Positions 1 through 10,471 of a stretch of DNA of 64,000 nucleotides are shown here, piece after piece. The position numbers were made by a program, and so were the translations under genes. Origin of the DNA: Erysipelothrix sp. GTDB lineage: Bacteria > Bacillota_I > Bacilli_A > Erysipelotrichales > Erysipelotrichaceae. The stretch covers positions 7,404 through 71,403 of the forward strand of contig JAAYGI010000068.1 of assembly GCA_012727815.1 (NCBI GenBank), written 5' to 3'. Under the pieces are notes generated by a model. It did not search any database. It saw only the letters and a list, made by a program, of their open reading frames with translations, and was not told the origin of the DNA. The stretch's first letter is position 1; every line of letters begins with the position of its first letter.

Positions 1-607
1 AACATGATTTTAACTCCTTTTTAATGCCAGGTTTATTTACAATAACATGATGATGTCTACATCTTGCTTCATAAGATTCACTGGCAGCCACTAAAATAAT
101 AGGGTCATCATAAGATGCAGGTTCACCATTTACAAGTCTTTGAGTTCTTGTAGCAGGAGAGCCACACTCTGTACATACCGCTGTTAATTTAGTTACAAAT
201 TCTGCTTGTGTTAATAAAGTTGGGATAACACCAAAAGGATCCCCTTTAAAGTCCATATCAAGTCCAGCAACCATGACGCGAATGCCTTTTAAAGCAAGGT
301 ATTCACATATATCTATAACTGCTTTATCAAAGAATTGAACTTCATCTATAGCGACTACTTCAGTATCTTCGTCAATGAAGTCTAATATTTGTTCAGCTTT
401 TGATATTGCATGACTGATAAACTTACTTCCAGCGTGAGATACTATGAAATCTTCATCATATCTGTTATCTATTTCTGGTTTAAAAACTACAATCTTTTTA
501 TTTGCAAATTGTAGTGTGTTGATTCTTCTAATTAATTCTTCTGTTTTTCCAGCAAACATGCATCCTGTAATAACTTCTAGGTACCCAGGATTATACTGAT
601 GATACAT
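1..607 (-). CDS. tdk: thymidine kinase (stop codon just beyond the window edge)
   Basis: Manual translation gives MYHQYNPGYLEVITGCMFAGKTEELIRR...VAIDEVQFF...AGLDMDF...YEARCRHHH. It has the Walker A GCMFAGKT, the DEVQF motif and Zn-binding Cys residues. GAGGTG RBS upstream; absent from the ORF track because it runs off the edge. Confidence 0.93.
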   Translation of the reverse strand, partial: MYHQYNPGYLEVITGCMFAGKTEELIRRINTLQFANKKIVVFKPEIDNRYDEDFIVSHAGSKFISHAISKAEQILDFIDEDTEVVAIDEVQFFDKAVIDICEYLALKGIRVMVAGLDMDFKGDPFGVIPTLLTQAEFVTKLTAVCTECGSPATRTQRLVNGEPASYDDPIILVAASESYEARCRHHHVIVNKPGIKKELKSC

Positions 608-661
608 ATTCTTCACCTCACTGACTCTATTCTATAATAAAAAGATAAAAAAAATAAGGGA

Positions 662-874
662 TTAACCCTCATTTTTTATATTATATCGTTTGTTGAATCG
701 TTCAATACGTCCGTCCGCTTGAGCGAAACGTTGTCTTCCTGTATAGAATGGGTGACAGTTTGAGCATGTATCAACTTTAATTTCTTTAGATGTTGATCCA
801 ACTTCAAATTCTGTACCACATGTACTACATGATGTAGTTACATTGTTATACTCTGGATGTATTCCTTTTTTCAT
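662..874 (-). CDS. rpmE: 50S ribosomal protein L31 (Zn-binding, 4-Cys type)
   Basis: MKKGIHPEY...CSTCG...[10 protein letters not shown]...[10 protein letters not shown]. Confidence 0.97.
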   Translation of the reverse strand: MKKGIHPEYNNVTTSCSTCGTEFEVGSTSKEIKVDTCSNCHPFYTGRQRFAQADGRIERFNKRYNIKNEG

Positions 875-920
875 AGTGTTCTCCCTTCGGCCTTGCGTGG
901 TTTACCACTCAAGATAAGTG
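875..920 (-). promoter_or_regulatory. structured rpmE 5' leader (possible L31 ribosomal-protein leader)
   Basis: GC-rich hairpin CTTG-A-GTGG-TAAA-CCAC-G-CAAG (892-913) just upstream of the GGGAG RBS. L31 leaders are described in Firmicutes; no covariance model was run. Confidence 0.35.
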
Positions 921-1012
921 CTAAAATAGAATACCATAGTTACCCTTTTAAATCAAGAGTTTCTATCTTTAATTATTAGATAGAAGTGAATCGCAATTAC
1001 TACTTCCTTACT

Positions 1013-1429
1013 CTACTTTTTATAATAGAGATAGCTCACAGCATTCAGTTTATGAACTTCAATGAAATTATTGAAATTATAAAACTGAATCAAGTCATTA
1101 TCATTGTCTGACATAAGGCAAATTTGTCTTACTGATTTATACTTTTCAAGGATATTTTGTAAGAGCTTCGTTGCAATACCCTGTCTTTGATATGATTTCA
1201 GAACAAGTAAGTCTTGGATGTATATTATCGTAAGACCATCTCCCACAACTCGAACAAGTCCAACTAACTTATTATCTTCATATGCACCATAAACATACAA
1301 AGAGTTTTCGAATGCACTTATTAACATTGGTATATCATTGGTATAGTTTGACCAACCAGCATCCTTATAAATATATTCAATATCTTCATCGTTAAATACT
1401 TTTATTATTTTATATTCTATTTTTGACAT
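1013..1429 (-). CDS. GNAT family N-acetyltransferase
   Basis: LVGLVRVVGDG...IYIQDLLV...YQRQGIATKL acetyl-CoA motif, plus FY motif; AGGAGG RBS. Confidence 0.9.
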   Translation of the reverse strand: MSKIEYKIIKVFNDEDIEYIYKDAGWSNYTNDIPMLISAFENSLYVYGAYEDNKLVGLVRVVGDGLTIIYIQDLLVLKSYQRQGIATKLLQNILEKYKSVRQICLMSDNDNDLIQFYNFNNFIEVHKLNAVSYLYYKK

Positions 1430-1507
1430 AGCGTCCTCCTTAATTTATATTCTAGAAACTAAAGAGTTATTTTATCCTGTTATTCATGTTATCACCTTAT
1501 GCTTTGC

Positions 1508-1627
1508 TTAGATAAGCGCTCTGGAATTTAGTAAAAAACCTTGAGAAAACACCGAGATTTCTGATTCGAAAATAGCTTTTAGATTTTATGTGAAATCAGT
1601 TGCCTCGATCCCTTCGGTAACTATAGA
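1508..1627 (-). pseudogene. possible decayed C-terminal fragment of an EAL-domain gene
   Basis: Reads SIVTEGIEATDFT*NLKAIFESEISVFSQGFLLNSRALI*. IVTEGIE and SQGFLL resemble the EAL motifs VVAEGVE and QGYL; there is an internal stop. Confidence 0.4.
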
Positions 1628-1683
1628 ACTAGATTTTCTAGTACAATATTTTCACCCTTTACAGCAAAAAGGAACATATAATA

Positions 1684-1809
1684 TTAAGTCCTATCCTTCG
1701 CTTCAATTTTCCTTAATAGTTCTACTATTTCACGCAAGTTCCTCATGACAGAAAAAATGAAGTAGGGTACCACTATAAGCATTATTATTCTATATATAAT
1801 GAAGATCAT
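1684..1809 (-). CDS. 41-aa single-TM small protein MIFIIYRIIMLIVVPYFIFSVMRNLREIVELLRKIEAKDRT
   Basis: GGGAGGCGGTG RBS and an upstream TTTACA-N17-TATCAT promoter-like sequence; hydrophobic N-half, charged C-half. Confidence 0.55.
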   Translation of the reverse strand: MIFIIYRIIMLIVVPYFIFSVMRNLREIVELLRKIEAKDRT

Positions 1810-1921
1810 AATATTTCACCGCCTCCCATTGTCGTATAGTAATATGATAGTATTTCGAAAACTTTGTGTAAACCCTTCCATTGCTGGATGCGCTGAGCGT
1901 ACACACCTTATTTTCTGACAT

Positions 1922-1960
1922 AGTAAAAGTCAGCCCCAGTATGAGGCTGACTTCTACTTT
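1922..1960. terminator. intrinsic terminator-like hairpin downstream of the LTA synthase gene
   Basis: AGTAAAAGTCAGCC-CCAGTATGA-GGCTGACTTCTACT inverted repeat. Confidence 0.65.
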
Positions 1961-1981
1961 AATTATTTGAATAACTAGATA

Positions 1982-3508
1982 TTAATCCTTTTTCGATTTA
2001 GTTTGGATAAAGACATCGTTGTAATACTTAGAGTTTTTACTGATCTCTTCATTGAGTTTATCATAACCCATTTCTTCAAGTAGTGTTTTCTTATCAGACA
2101 TTAAGTTTGTTCCTAAGCCTAATCTGTCACCTTTAATTTCAACCCCTAATGAAGCCAGCGTTGTAGGGAAGTGATCGATTATAGAAAATTCTCTTTCCTT
2201 TGTTCTTGTTTCAGCAAATGATTTAAAGTCTGAGTTAATAAAAGCATTATAGATACCTCTATCATCAGCAACTACACCCTTTGAGAAATCATAATTCATT
2301 GTTAGGTGATCACCTGTAATCATGATTGTTGTATTGTCATAGAAATCTTGTTCTTGAATCCATGATAGGAACTCAGCAACTTTACCATCAGAACATTTTA
2401 TTGCATTTGCATAAGGTGTTTCATATTCTAATAAACAAGATGGATCTGTGTAGCCATCGGTGAAGTGTGTATCAACTGTAAGCATTGTAAAGTTAAAAGG
2501 TTCTTCTTGCTTTGATATGTATAAAAGTTCTTCTTTCGCATATTCGAAAAGTTTTTCATCTTCAAATCCCCAAAATACATTATAGTCTTCAGGAATTTTT
2601 CCAATTTCTTTATAATACTTTGTATCCCTTATTATATAATCACCATGGGTTCTATAGAATTCTTCTCGGCCGCCAAAGTTGGCATCAGATCCTGCCATAA
2701 AGTAGTTTTGATAACCTTGTTCTTGAAGGAGTTGTCCTAAAGAGTTTACACCTGGTAGAAAACCATCACCTTCACCATAAGTAACATTAAGTTTTGTAAA
2801 CTGTATTGGAGTTCCAGTAGCTTGTGCTACAAGACTTGCAACAGTCCAACCTGTTCCTGCGATAGATTGAGCGCCTCCAAAATTCTTATTATGAGAAAAA
2901 GATATATTTTGATTGGCTATCTTTTCAAGATTTGGAATTAGATGTTCTACTTGGCCATCAACCTTAATATCATTAAACCCATACTCCATAGATTCTAAAT
3001 TCAAAATAATAAGATTCCTTTTCTTATCTGGCCATTTTAAATCTGCTTTCATCGGATTAACATAATGCTGTTCATAAATGTATGTATTCCTATTAGCTCT
3101 TACAATATGATTAATAATACCAAGTTGGCGATCAAATCTAACCAATGTTACAACCAGGACAAGAGTTATCATTATTCTTCCTAATTTCTTAGGATTCTTA
3201 AGTTTTAGATAATACTTCTTACCCTTATTAATAAATCTTGTATGATAAACATGTCCGTTTTTCGAAAGATAGTAAGAAAACATAAAAAATGCTATTACGA
3301 CTATATAGAGTGGTAATGCAATCTTTATATATCTTAATACCATTGATAATTCAATAGTTCCACCTTGGGCTGGAGACATGATAAGAAACAAAACTTGCAT
3401 GAAATCCATATGTCCAAAATATCTACCTACAAAGGTGGGGGAAACAAATATTGTCGCAAGAACAAGCGCAATACTTGTATTCACAATATACTTCTTTTTT
3501 AAATTCAT
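1982..3508 (-). CDS. LTA synthase / phosphoglycerol transferase family (sulfatase fold) membrane protein
   Basis: N-terminal TM helices; LESME, GWTVAS (catalytic Thr), TVDTH and GDH metal-ligand motifs. Confidence 0.85.
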   Translation of the reverse strand: MNLKKKYIVNTSIALVLATIFVSPTFVGRYFGHMDFMQVLFLIMSPAQGGTIELSMVLRYIKIALPLYIVVIAFFMFSYYLSKNGHVYHTRFINKGKKYYLKLKNPKKLGRIMITLVLVVTLVRFDRQLGIINHIVRANRNTYIYEQHYVNPMKADLKWPDKKRNLIILNLESMEYGFNDIKVDGQVEHLIPNLEKIANQNISFSHNKNFGGAQSIAGTGWTVASLVAQATGTPIQFTKLNVTYGEGDGFLPGVNSLGQLLQEQGYQNYFMAGSDANFGGREEFYRTHGDYIIRDTKYYKEIGKIPEDYNVFWGFEDEKLFEYAKEELLYISKQEEPFNFTMLTVDTHFTDGYTDPSCLLEYETPYANAIKCSDGKVAEFLSWIQEQDFYDNTTIMITGDHLTMNYDFSKGVVADDRGIYNAFINSDFKSFAETRTKEREFSIIDHFPTTLASLGVEIKGDRLGLGTNLMSDKKTLLEEMGYDKLNEEISKNSKYYNDVFIQTKSKKD

Positions 3509-3633
3509 TGTATCTTCCTATCCGTTAACTGTACAATTATACTATCAAATTTAGGTTCATAAGTCATTTATTATTTCTTATGATTTACTTATGGATATCT
3601 AAATACAAAAAAAGGGCTAAGCCCTTTTTAATC

Positions 3634-4608
3634 TTATCGATCTCCGTTGAAGATTGAGTTTTTAACAACGATGTAGTCAACACGACGAATTGAATCTAAG
3701 TCTTTTCCACCTGCATATGAGATAGATGATTGTAAATCTTGCGTCATTTCTACAAATGTATCAGCAATAGGACCTTTATATTCCATAACGATCTTTTTAC
3801 CTTCAACATTACGTTTTTCACCTTTTTGGTGTTCTGATGCTGATCCGTAATATTCTTTATACTTAACACCATCAATTTCAACCATTTTACCAGGAGACTC
3901 ATCGTGTCCTGCAAATAGTGAACCAATCATAACCATTGATGCACCAAAGCGAATTGATTTTGCGATATCTCCATTATGACGGATACCACCATCTGCAATG
4001 ATTGGCTTTGAAGCAGCTTTAGCACACCATCTTAGTGCTGAAAGTTGCCATCCACCTGTACCAAATCCTGTTTTAAGTTTAGTAATACATACTTTACCTG
4101 GTCCAATACCAACCTTAGTTGCATCAGCTCCTGCATGTTCTAAATCTCTTACAGCTTCTGGTGTTGCAACGTTTCCTGCAATAACAAAAGTTTCTGGTAA
4201 GTGTTTTTTAATATGTTTTATCATATTGATAACTGCATTGGAGTGTCCATGTGCAATATCAATCGTTACATAGTCTGGTAAGATATTATCCTTAGCAAGG
4301 TTTTCAACAAAATCATATTCAGATTCTTTAACACCTACACTGATTGATGCAATAAGCCCGCGTCCGTGCATATCTTTAACAAAGTCTACACGTGAGTCTT
4401 CATCAAAACGGTGCATTACATAAAAGTAACCATTCTCTGCTAACCAGATTGATAATTCTTCATCAAGAATTGTTTCCATGTTTGCTGGAACAACTGGCAT
4501 TTTAAATGTGTGTTTTCCAAATTGTATACTTGTATCACACTCTGAACGAGAGTTCACAATACACTTGTTGGGTATTAATTGTATATCTTCATAATCAAAT
4601 ATTTTCAT
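3634..4608 (-). CDS. guaC: GMP reductase
   Basis: [53 protein letters not shown]. Confidence 0.96.
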   Translation of the reverse strand: MKIFDYEDIQLIPNKCIVNSRSECDTSIQFGKHTFKMPVVPANMETILDEELSIWLAENGYFYVMHRFDEDSRVDFVKDMHGRGLIASISVGVKESEYDFVENLAKDNILPDYVTIDIAHGHSNAVINMIKHIKKHLPETFVIAGNVATPEAVRDLEHAGADATKVGIGPGKVCITKLKTGFGTGGWQLSALRWCAKAASKPIIADGGIRHNGDIAKSIRFGASMVMIGSLFAGHDESPGKMVEIDGVKYKEYYGSASEHQKGEKRNVEGKKIVMEYKGPIADTFVEMTQDLQSSISYAGGKDLDSIRRVDYIVVKNSIFNGDR

Positions 4609-4826
4609 TTTTGCCTCCTATGAAACCTTAGTAATGTTACCTAATTAAGGGTAGATTGTCAAAGGTATGCCCCTATATATTTGAACTTTCACAATATACT
4701 TATAATTAGAAATGATATACCTATATTTCACAAGCTATTATGGACTTGTTTTATTCCATTATAAAATTAATTTACATTGTTATCCCGACAGTGTAGTATA
4801 AGGATAGTATTAGAAAAGAGGATCAT

Positions 4827-5855
4827 ATGTTTAATCAAGAAGAAATTATTAAAAATTTAGAAGCACTGGTAAGTATTAACAGTCCATCTGGATATACAGA
4901 CAAAGCGATTGATTTTGTAGAGACTTATGTTAAAGATTTAGGTTATGAAACTGAAATTACACCAAAAGGTAATTTAATTGTAAGTGTTGATGGAGAAAAT
5001 CCTATCCCAGTACGTGCTTTAAGTGCGCATGTGGATACTTTAGGTTTAATGGTTCGTAGTATTAATGGTGATGGTTCACTATCAATGACAACCTTAGGAG
5101 GCCCCCTAACGCCAACATTAGATGGGGCATACTGTGATATTATCACACGTGATAATAAAACATATACAGGGACAATCCTTTCAACATCTACATCAATTCA
5201 TGTATATAAGGATGCTTCAACAAAACCAAGAGACATTGATAACTTAAGAGTTATTATTGATGAGAATGTAAAAACAAAAGAAGATGTTCTGAATTTAGGA
5301 ATTCAAAATGGTGATATTATCGCCTATGATCCAAAATTTAAGTTTACTTCATCAGGTTTTATTAAATCAAGATTCTTAGATGATAAAGCTTCAGTTGCTA
5401 TATTACTTGCAGTTTTAAAAGATATCAAAGAAGATAATATAAAACTTAAATCACCCCTTAAATTTATTTTTACAGTTTATGAAGAAGTAGGACATGGTGC
5501 ATCATATATCCCATCAGACATAGAAGAGCTCTTAGCTGTAGATATGGGCGCTATAGGAGACAATCTTGCTTGTAGTGAATATGATGTATCAATTTGTGCT
5601 AAAGACTCAAGTGGTCCTTACGATTATGCACTAACAACAAGTCTTATTAACATGGCCAAAGAAAAAGATTTAGACTATGCAGTTGATATCTACCCAATGT
5701 ATGGAAGTGATGCTTCTGCTGCACTTCGTGGTGGTGCTAATATCAGGGCAGCTCTGATAGGACCTGGTGTTGCAAATTCACATGGTATGGAAAGAACCCA
5801 TATTAAAGCACTAGAAAATACTTATAAGTTAATCTTATCTTATATTAATATCTAG
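4827..5855 (+). CDS. M42 family metallo-aminopeptidase
   Basis: SPSG, SAHVDTLG, SRFLDDK, YEEVGHG, AVDMG, HGMER. Confidence 0.92.
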   Translation: MFNQEEIIKNLEALVSINSPSGYTDKAIDFVETYVKDLGYETEITPKGNLIVSVDGENPIPVRALSAHVDTLGLMVRSINGDGSLSMTTLGGPLTPTLDGAYCDIITRDNKTYTGTILSTSTSIHVYKDASTKPRDIDNLRVIIDENVKTKEDVLNLGIQNGDIIAYDPKFKFTSSGFIKSRFLDDKASVAILLAVLKDIKEDNIKLKSPLKFIFTVYEEVGHGASYIPSDIEELLAVDMGAIGDNLACSEYDVSICAKDSSGPYDYALTTSLINMAKEKDLDYAVDIYPMYGSDASAALRGGANIRAALIGPGVANSHGMERTHIKALENTYKLILSYINI

Positions 5856-5944
5856 TATTCAAAGAAATCTAATGTAAATAAAAAGTGCATATGAATGATT
5901 TTCCTTATAATAGGACAACATTCTATGCACTTTTTTTGTTTTAC

Positions 5945-7588
5945 TTATGATTCTGTAGGAATATTAATAATAAACTTATTATCTTTTTCTGTACTAACTT
6001 TAATACTACCGCCATGGAACATTACGATGTGTTTAACAATTGAAAGACCCAATCCACTTCCACCAGTTTTAGATGTACGTGAGGCATCGACTCTATAGAA
6101 TCTTTCGAAAAGTCTGGGTGCATCCTTACTTGGAATTAAAGGACCACTGTTACTCACCTCAATTGTAATACCATTAGCAGCTTTAACATCTATATTTATA
6201 TAGCCACCTTCAACATTATATTTAATAGCATTATCAATTAAATTATAGAATAATTCATCCATCATTCTGTAATTAAGATTTACCATGAGATCATCAAAGT
6301 TTGTTAAGACTGTAATATCTTTCTCTTTAATCTCATTTGATAGATTAACCAAAGTTTCAACAATTACAGTTTTAATATTAAAGACTTCTTTATTACCATC
6401 TAATGCATCTTCGTCAAATTTAGAAAGATTAAGGATATGCTCAATCATTTCTAAGAGTCTGTTGCTTTGTTTTAATATCTTCTTACCAAATAAAGTTATA
6501 TCCTCTGGATCAACCATATTGTTTGCTTGAAGCTCTGCAAGTCCTCTAATACTTGTTAGGGGAGTTTTAAGTTCATGAGAAACATTGGCACTGAATTCTT
6601 CTCTTAGTTTCTGATTCTCATATTCTAATGAGATATCAACAAACAGTACAATAGCAACACCTTCTTTTAATATTTCAGTATGGCTGATATATACTTGGTA
6701 TATTTTATCATTGATGTTTATCTTGTGACTTGAACTATCACCATTTAAAGCATCATCAATTTTAGAAAGTAGGACACGGTCATTGATAAATCTGTAGATA
6801 CTATCGCTGACTTCGTAATCATGTAATCCCACGATTTCTAGGAAAGCATGGTTTGCCAGGAATACATTTTTAGATGCATCCACAATCATAAATCCATCTT
6901 GCATTGTATTCAAGATTGTATTAATTGTTTCTTTTCTTTTATTAACACGAACCACTTGTTTCTCAATTTCTCTTTTTTGTTCTCTCATTGTATAGAAATA
7001 CATATCGAGTTCTTGATAAGGGGAGACAAGATTTGATTTAAGATCCGCCTTTTCAATGGGTCCTACTATATTATAGGTAAGGCGTCTTGATATGATGTTT
7101 GCAAGTATGAATATTGCAAGGATTCCTGTAAGTGTATAGGGTAACATCAATAAGATAAGTGAATAGAAGCTAGAGCTTGTTGTGGATATTCTTAGTATCA
7201 GGCCTGTATCTAAAGATACAGCATAGTAATAAAACATATCCAGTAGATTATCTGAATATCTTTCAGATTGTCCAACACCTTTTTCTTTTGCTTCAATAAC
7301 CTCTTCACGATCACTGTGATTATCTAATTTTTCAAATGATGTTTTATTGTCATATAAGACTGTTCCATCATTATCTATCAGTGTAATACGTGATGCACTC
7401 ATAACACTTGTAAAGTCTAATTCAGGATTCAAATCATATTCAACCTTTAAGGTATGTGCTTGGTTTTTGATATCCCTTGTTGTTTCATATTTATCAAAAT
7501 TATAGTATAAAAAACTTGTACCTATACTAAATAAAATAATAGTGATAAATACTAAAAAGAGCATATTCTTTTTAATTGTTTTAGTCAT
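5945..7588 (-). CDS. phoR: phosphate regulon sensor histidine kinase
   Basis: Two TM helices, PAS-like region, NVSHELKTPL H-box, NLIDNAIKYN, FYRVD..GGSGLGLSIVKH; lies in the pst/phoU operon. Confidence 0.9.
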   Translation of the reverse strand: MTKTIKKNMLFLVFITIILFSIGTSFLYYNFDKYETTRDIKNQAHTLKVEYDLNPELDFTSVMSASRITLIDNDGTVLYDNKTSFEKLDNHSDREEVIEAKEKGVGQSERYSDNLLDMFYYYAVSLDTGLILRISTTSSSFYSLILLMLPYTLTGILAIFILANIISRRLTYNIVGPIEKADLKSNLVSPYQELDMYFYTMREQKREIEKQVVRVNKRKETINTILNTMQDGFMIVDASKNVFLANHAFLEIVGLHDYEVSDSIYRFINDRVLLSKIDDALNGDSSSHKININDKIYQVYISHTEILKEGVAIVLFVDISLEYENQKLREEFSANVSHELKTPLTSIRGLAELQANNMVDPEDITLFGKKILKQSNRLLEMIEHILNLSKFDEDALDGNKEVFNIKTVIVETLVNLSNEIKEKDITVLTNFDDLMVNLNYRMMDELFYNLIDNAIKYNVEGGYINIDVKAANGITIEVSNSGPLIPSKDAPRLFERFYRVDASRTSKTGGSGLGLSIVKHIVMFHGGSIKVSTEKDNKFIINIPTES

Positions 7589-8258
7589 CTGAATCTCCTA
7601 GTTTATAGCCCACGCCACGTACCGTGCTAATATATTTAGCGCCATCTTGTAGGTTTTTTCTTAAGTTACTGATGTGAATATCTAATGTACGACTTTCACC
7701 TTCAAAATCATAGCCCCAAACTTTTTCAATAAGTCTTTCTCTACTTAATACAATATCCGGGTTAATGAGGAAATATTCAAGCAGTTCAAATTCCTTGTTG
7801 GGTAATTCAATTACTTGACCTGTTACTTTTACAATATATTTTTCTTTATCAAGTTGGATTTCTTTATACTTTAAAACCTTAGAAGTATTCATTCTTCTAA
7901 GTCTTGCTTTGATTCTAGAAACAAGTTCTAAAACACCAAAAGGTTTCACAATATAATCATCAGCCCCTAAATCTAAAGCTTTAACTTTATCCATCTCTGA
8001 TCCCTTTGCTGTTAGCATTATTATCGGAATATCGTGGTATGAAGGGTGTGACCTTAATGTTTCTAATATACTCAATCCATCTTCATCAGGTAGCATGACA
8101 TCAAGCAGCATTAAATCAAAGTCTTCTTTACTTAACTTAGCATCATAAAACTCTCTACTGCTTTCAAAACCTAAACCTTCCAGTTGGTTTGATTTCAATG
8201 TATAGAGTACAAGTTCTCTAATATCTTGATCATCTTCAATAATAACGATTGTTGTCAT
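7581..8258 (-). CDS. phoP: OmpR-family phosphate response regulator (PhoP/PhoB)
   Basis: Receiver (IEDD, LLDVMLP, GADDYIVKPF) plus winged helix (RTLDIHISNLRK, TVRGVGY); pho operon context. Confidence 0.88.
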   Translation of the reverse strand: MTTIVIIEDDQDIRELVLYTLKSNQLEGLGFESSREFYDAKLSKEDFDLMLLDVMLPDEDGLSILETLRSHPSYHDIPIIMLTAKGSEMDKVKALDLGADDYIVKPFGVLELVSRIKARLRRMNTSKVLKYKEIQLDKEKYIVKVTGQVIELPNKEFELLEYFLINPDIVLSRERLIEKVWGYDFEGESRTLDIHISNLRKNLQDGAKYISTVRGVGYKLGDSDD

Positions 8259-8266
8259 AAGCCCTC

Positions 8267-8899
8267 CTAATTTCCTGTTGCAAAAAATATAACTGATTCA
8301 GCTATGTTGACGCATCTGTCTCCACATCTTTCAAAATATTTAGCAATCATAAATGTATCTAGTATGGATTCTTTTCCTTTATTTGTACTCATCATATCAT
8401 CTAGAATTACATGCTTCAAATTTTTTAATCCATCATCGACTTTATCATCATGTTTAATGACCATTTGAGCAAGATTGATATCCATACTCATAAGGGATTC
8501 AATGCTATTGTTTAACATGATAATGACTTCTTTAGACATCAGTATTAAGTCTTTTTCAAATAGAAAATGTGTGTCTGGATATTCCATAATAATTTCACTG
8601 ATATCCGTAGCATAGTCTGCGATTCTTTCTAGGTCTGTTACGATTTTTAAACTTGCTGATAAAAATCTGAAGTCACTCGCAACAGGTTGTTGTCTGATAA
8701 GTAAAGAGTAACAAAGGGATTGGATTTCCTTTTCCATGTTATTAATATGTTTATCATAATCAATAATTTCTTGTGCTAGTTTTAAGTCATGTGTACGTAG
8801 AGCCTGCATTGATTTTACAAGTGCTTCCTCACATAACAATCCCATCTTTGCAATTTCGTTTTTTAATACAATGAGTTGTGTGTCTAGTACTGTTTTCAT
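8267..8899 (-). CDS. phoU: phosphate signalling protein PhoU
   Basis: RQQPVASDFR, DLERIADYA, ERCGDRCVNIAE. Confidence 0.95.
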   Translation of the reverse strand: MKTVLDTQLIVLKNEIAKMGLLCEEALVKSMQALRTHDLKLAQEIIDYDKHINNMEKEIQSLCYSLLIRQQPVASDFRFLSASLKIVTDLERIADYATDISEIIMEYPDTHFLFEKDLILMSKEVIIMLNNSIESLMSMDINLAQMVIKHDDKVDDGLKNLKHVILDDMMSTNKGKESILDTFMIAKYFERCGDRCVNIAESVIFFATGN

Positions 8900-9645
8900 T
8901 AACCAAACCTCCCTGTGATGTAATCTTCTGTTCTTTTATCTTGTGGATTTGTAAAGATAAGATCGCTGTCATTAACTTCAATCAGTTCTCCATTTAGAAA
9001 GAAAGCTGTTTTATCTGAGATACGTGCTGCTTGTTGCATGTTGTGTGTAACAATTACAACAGTATATTTGTCTTTTAATGTCATGATTAATTGTTCTATT
9101 TTTGCAGTAGATATTGGATCTAGTGCACTTGTTGGCTCATCCATAAGGATAACTTCAGGTTCTATGGCAAGTGTTCTTGCGATACAGATTCTTTGTTGCT
9201 GACCCCCTGATAAAGAGAGGGCACTTTTGTGAAGTCTATCTTGAACTTCATCCCATATTGCAGCGTCTTTCAATGCTTTCTCTACAATCTTATCCAAGTC
9301 TTCTTTTTTAGTAATGCCGTGTGCTCTTGGACCAAAAGCTACATTATCGTAAATACTCATTGGAAAAGGATTTGGCTTTTGAAATACCATTCCTACTCGT
9401 TTTCTAAATTGTTCAATATTCTTAACTTTATATATGTCTTCTGAATCTAGTGTGATATTTCCAACTATCTTACAACTTTCAATCAAATCATTCATTCTAT
9501 TTAATGATTTTAATAAGGTTGTTTTACCACAACCGCTGGGTCCTATAAATGCTGTAATTTCATTACTTTTTATATCCATTGATATATTGTGTAAGGCTTG
9601 GAAATCTCCATACCATAAATTGATATCTTTAATTTGAAGTTTCAT
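8899..9645 (-). CDS. pstB: phosphate ABC transporter ATPase
   Basis: [45 protein letters not shown]. Confidence 0.97.
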   Translation of the reverse strand: MKLQIKDINLWYGDFQALHNISMDIKSNEITAFIGPSGCGKTTLLKSLNRMNDLIESCKIVGNITLDSEDIYKVKNIEQFRKRVGMVFQKPNPFPMSIYDNVAFGPRAHGITKKEDLDKIVEKALKDAAIWDEVQDRLHKSALSLSGGQQQRICIARTLAIEPEVILMDEPTSALDPISTAKIEQLIMTLKDKYTVVIVTHNMQQAARISDKTAFFLNGELIEVNDSDLIFTNPQDKRTEDYITGRFG

Positions 9646-10471
9646 AGTTACTTCCTTTCATTAATTTTTTACTTGCATATTTTGATGCACCATTCATAAG
9701 CAGTACAACCAGTAAGAGGACTACTGCTGTTGCGTAAGCTTCATTCGTATGAAATCCTTCACTTGATAAAGCCCACATATGAATCGCCAAGGTTCTGCCG
9801 GATTCACCCAATGATTTAGGTATTTTAGCAACAGTTCCTAGGGTATAAATAAGTGCGGCACTCTCTCCTACAATTCTACCTATCGATAGAATTACACCTG
9901 ATAGAATACCAGCTGATGCTGTAGGTAAAACTACCTTGAATATCATAAAGAGTTTACTTGAACCCATTGCAAGGGCTGCTTCTCTATAACTGTTTGGAAC
10001 ATCAAGTAAAGATTCTTGAGTTGTTCGAATAATAAAGGGAAGGGTCATAATCGCAAGGGTTAAACTTCCAGATATTAAGGAATAAGATAATGATAATGTA
10101 CTTACAAAGAATAGAAATCCAAATAATCCATAAATAATTGATGGAATACCTGATAATGCTTCTGTTGATATCTTCATAATCTTTGCAACCTTGCTGTCTT
10201 TTCTTGCATACTCAACCAAGTATATAGCTGTTGCAACACCGATTGGTAAAGAAATCATTAAGGTTAATACTACGATATAAAATGTTGTGATAAGTGCTGG
10301 CATTAAAGAAACATTGTCACTGGTATATTCAAAAGAGAATAGGGAAGGTTTTAGGTGAGGAATTCCTCTTACTAAAATATATAGTATTAAGAATAGGCTT
10401 GTCGAAACTACAACAAACATAGAGAGTCTAATGAAAAATTTAAATAGTTTGTCTTTCATATTATCGATCAT
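9629..10471 (-). CDS. pstA: phosphate ABC transporter permease
   Basis: [14 protein letters not shown] motif, [10 protein letters not shown]. Confidence 0.93.
   Translation of the reverse strand: MIDNMKDKLFKFFIRLSMFVVVSTSLFLILYILVRGIPHLKPSLFSFEYTSDNVSLMPALITTFYIVVLTLMISLPIGVATAIYLVEYARKDSKVAKIMKISTEALSGIPSIIYGLFGFLFFVSTLSLSYSLISGSLTLAIMTLPFIIRTTQESLLDVPNSYREAALAMGSSKLFMIFKVVLPTASAGILSGVILSIGRIVGESAALIYTLGTVAKIPKSLGESGRTLAIHMWALSSEGFHTNEAYATAVVLLLVVLLMNGASKYASKKLMKGSNYETSN

Noticed and set aside
1500-1680. Possible glycine or c-di-GMP riboswitch upstream of the GNAT (ACCGAAGG…GAAATCTCGG)
   Set aside because: Core motifs are incomplete; a decayed coding fragment explains the sequence better.
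4609-4720. Purine riboswitch expected upstream of guaC
   Set aside because: No TATAAT…TTTCTACC…CCGTAAA core. A TTGACA-N17-TAACAT promoter lies close to the RBS, leaving no room for an aptamer.
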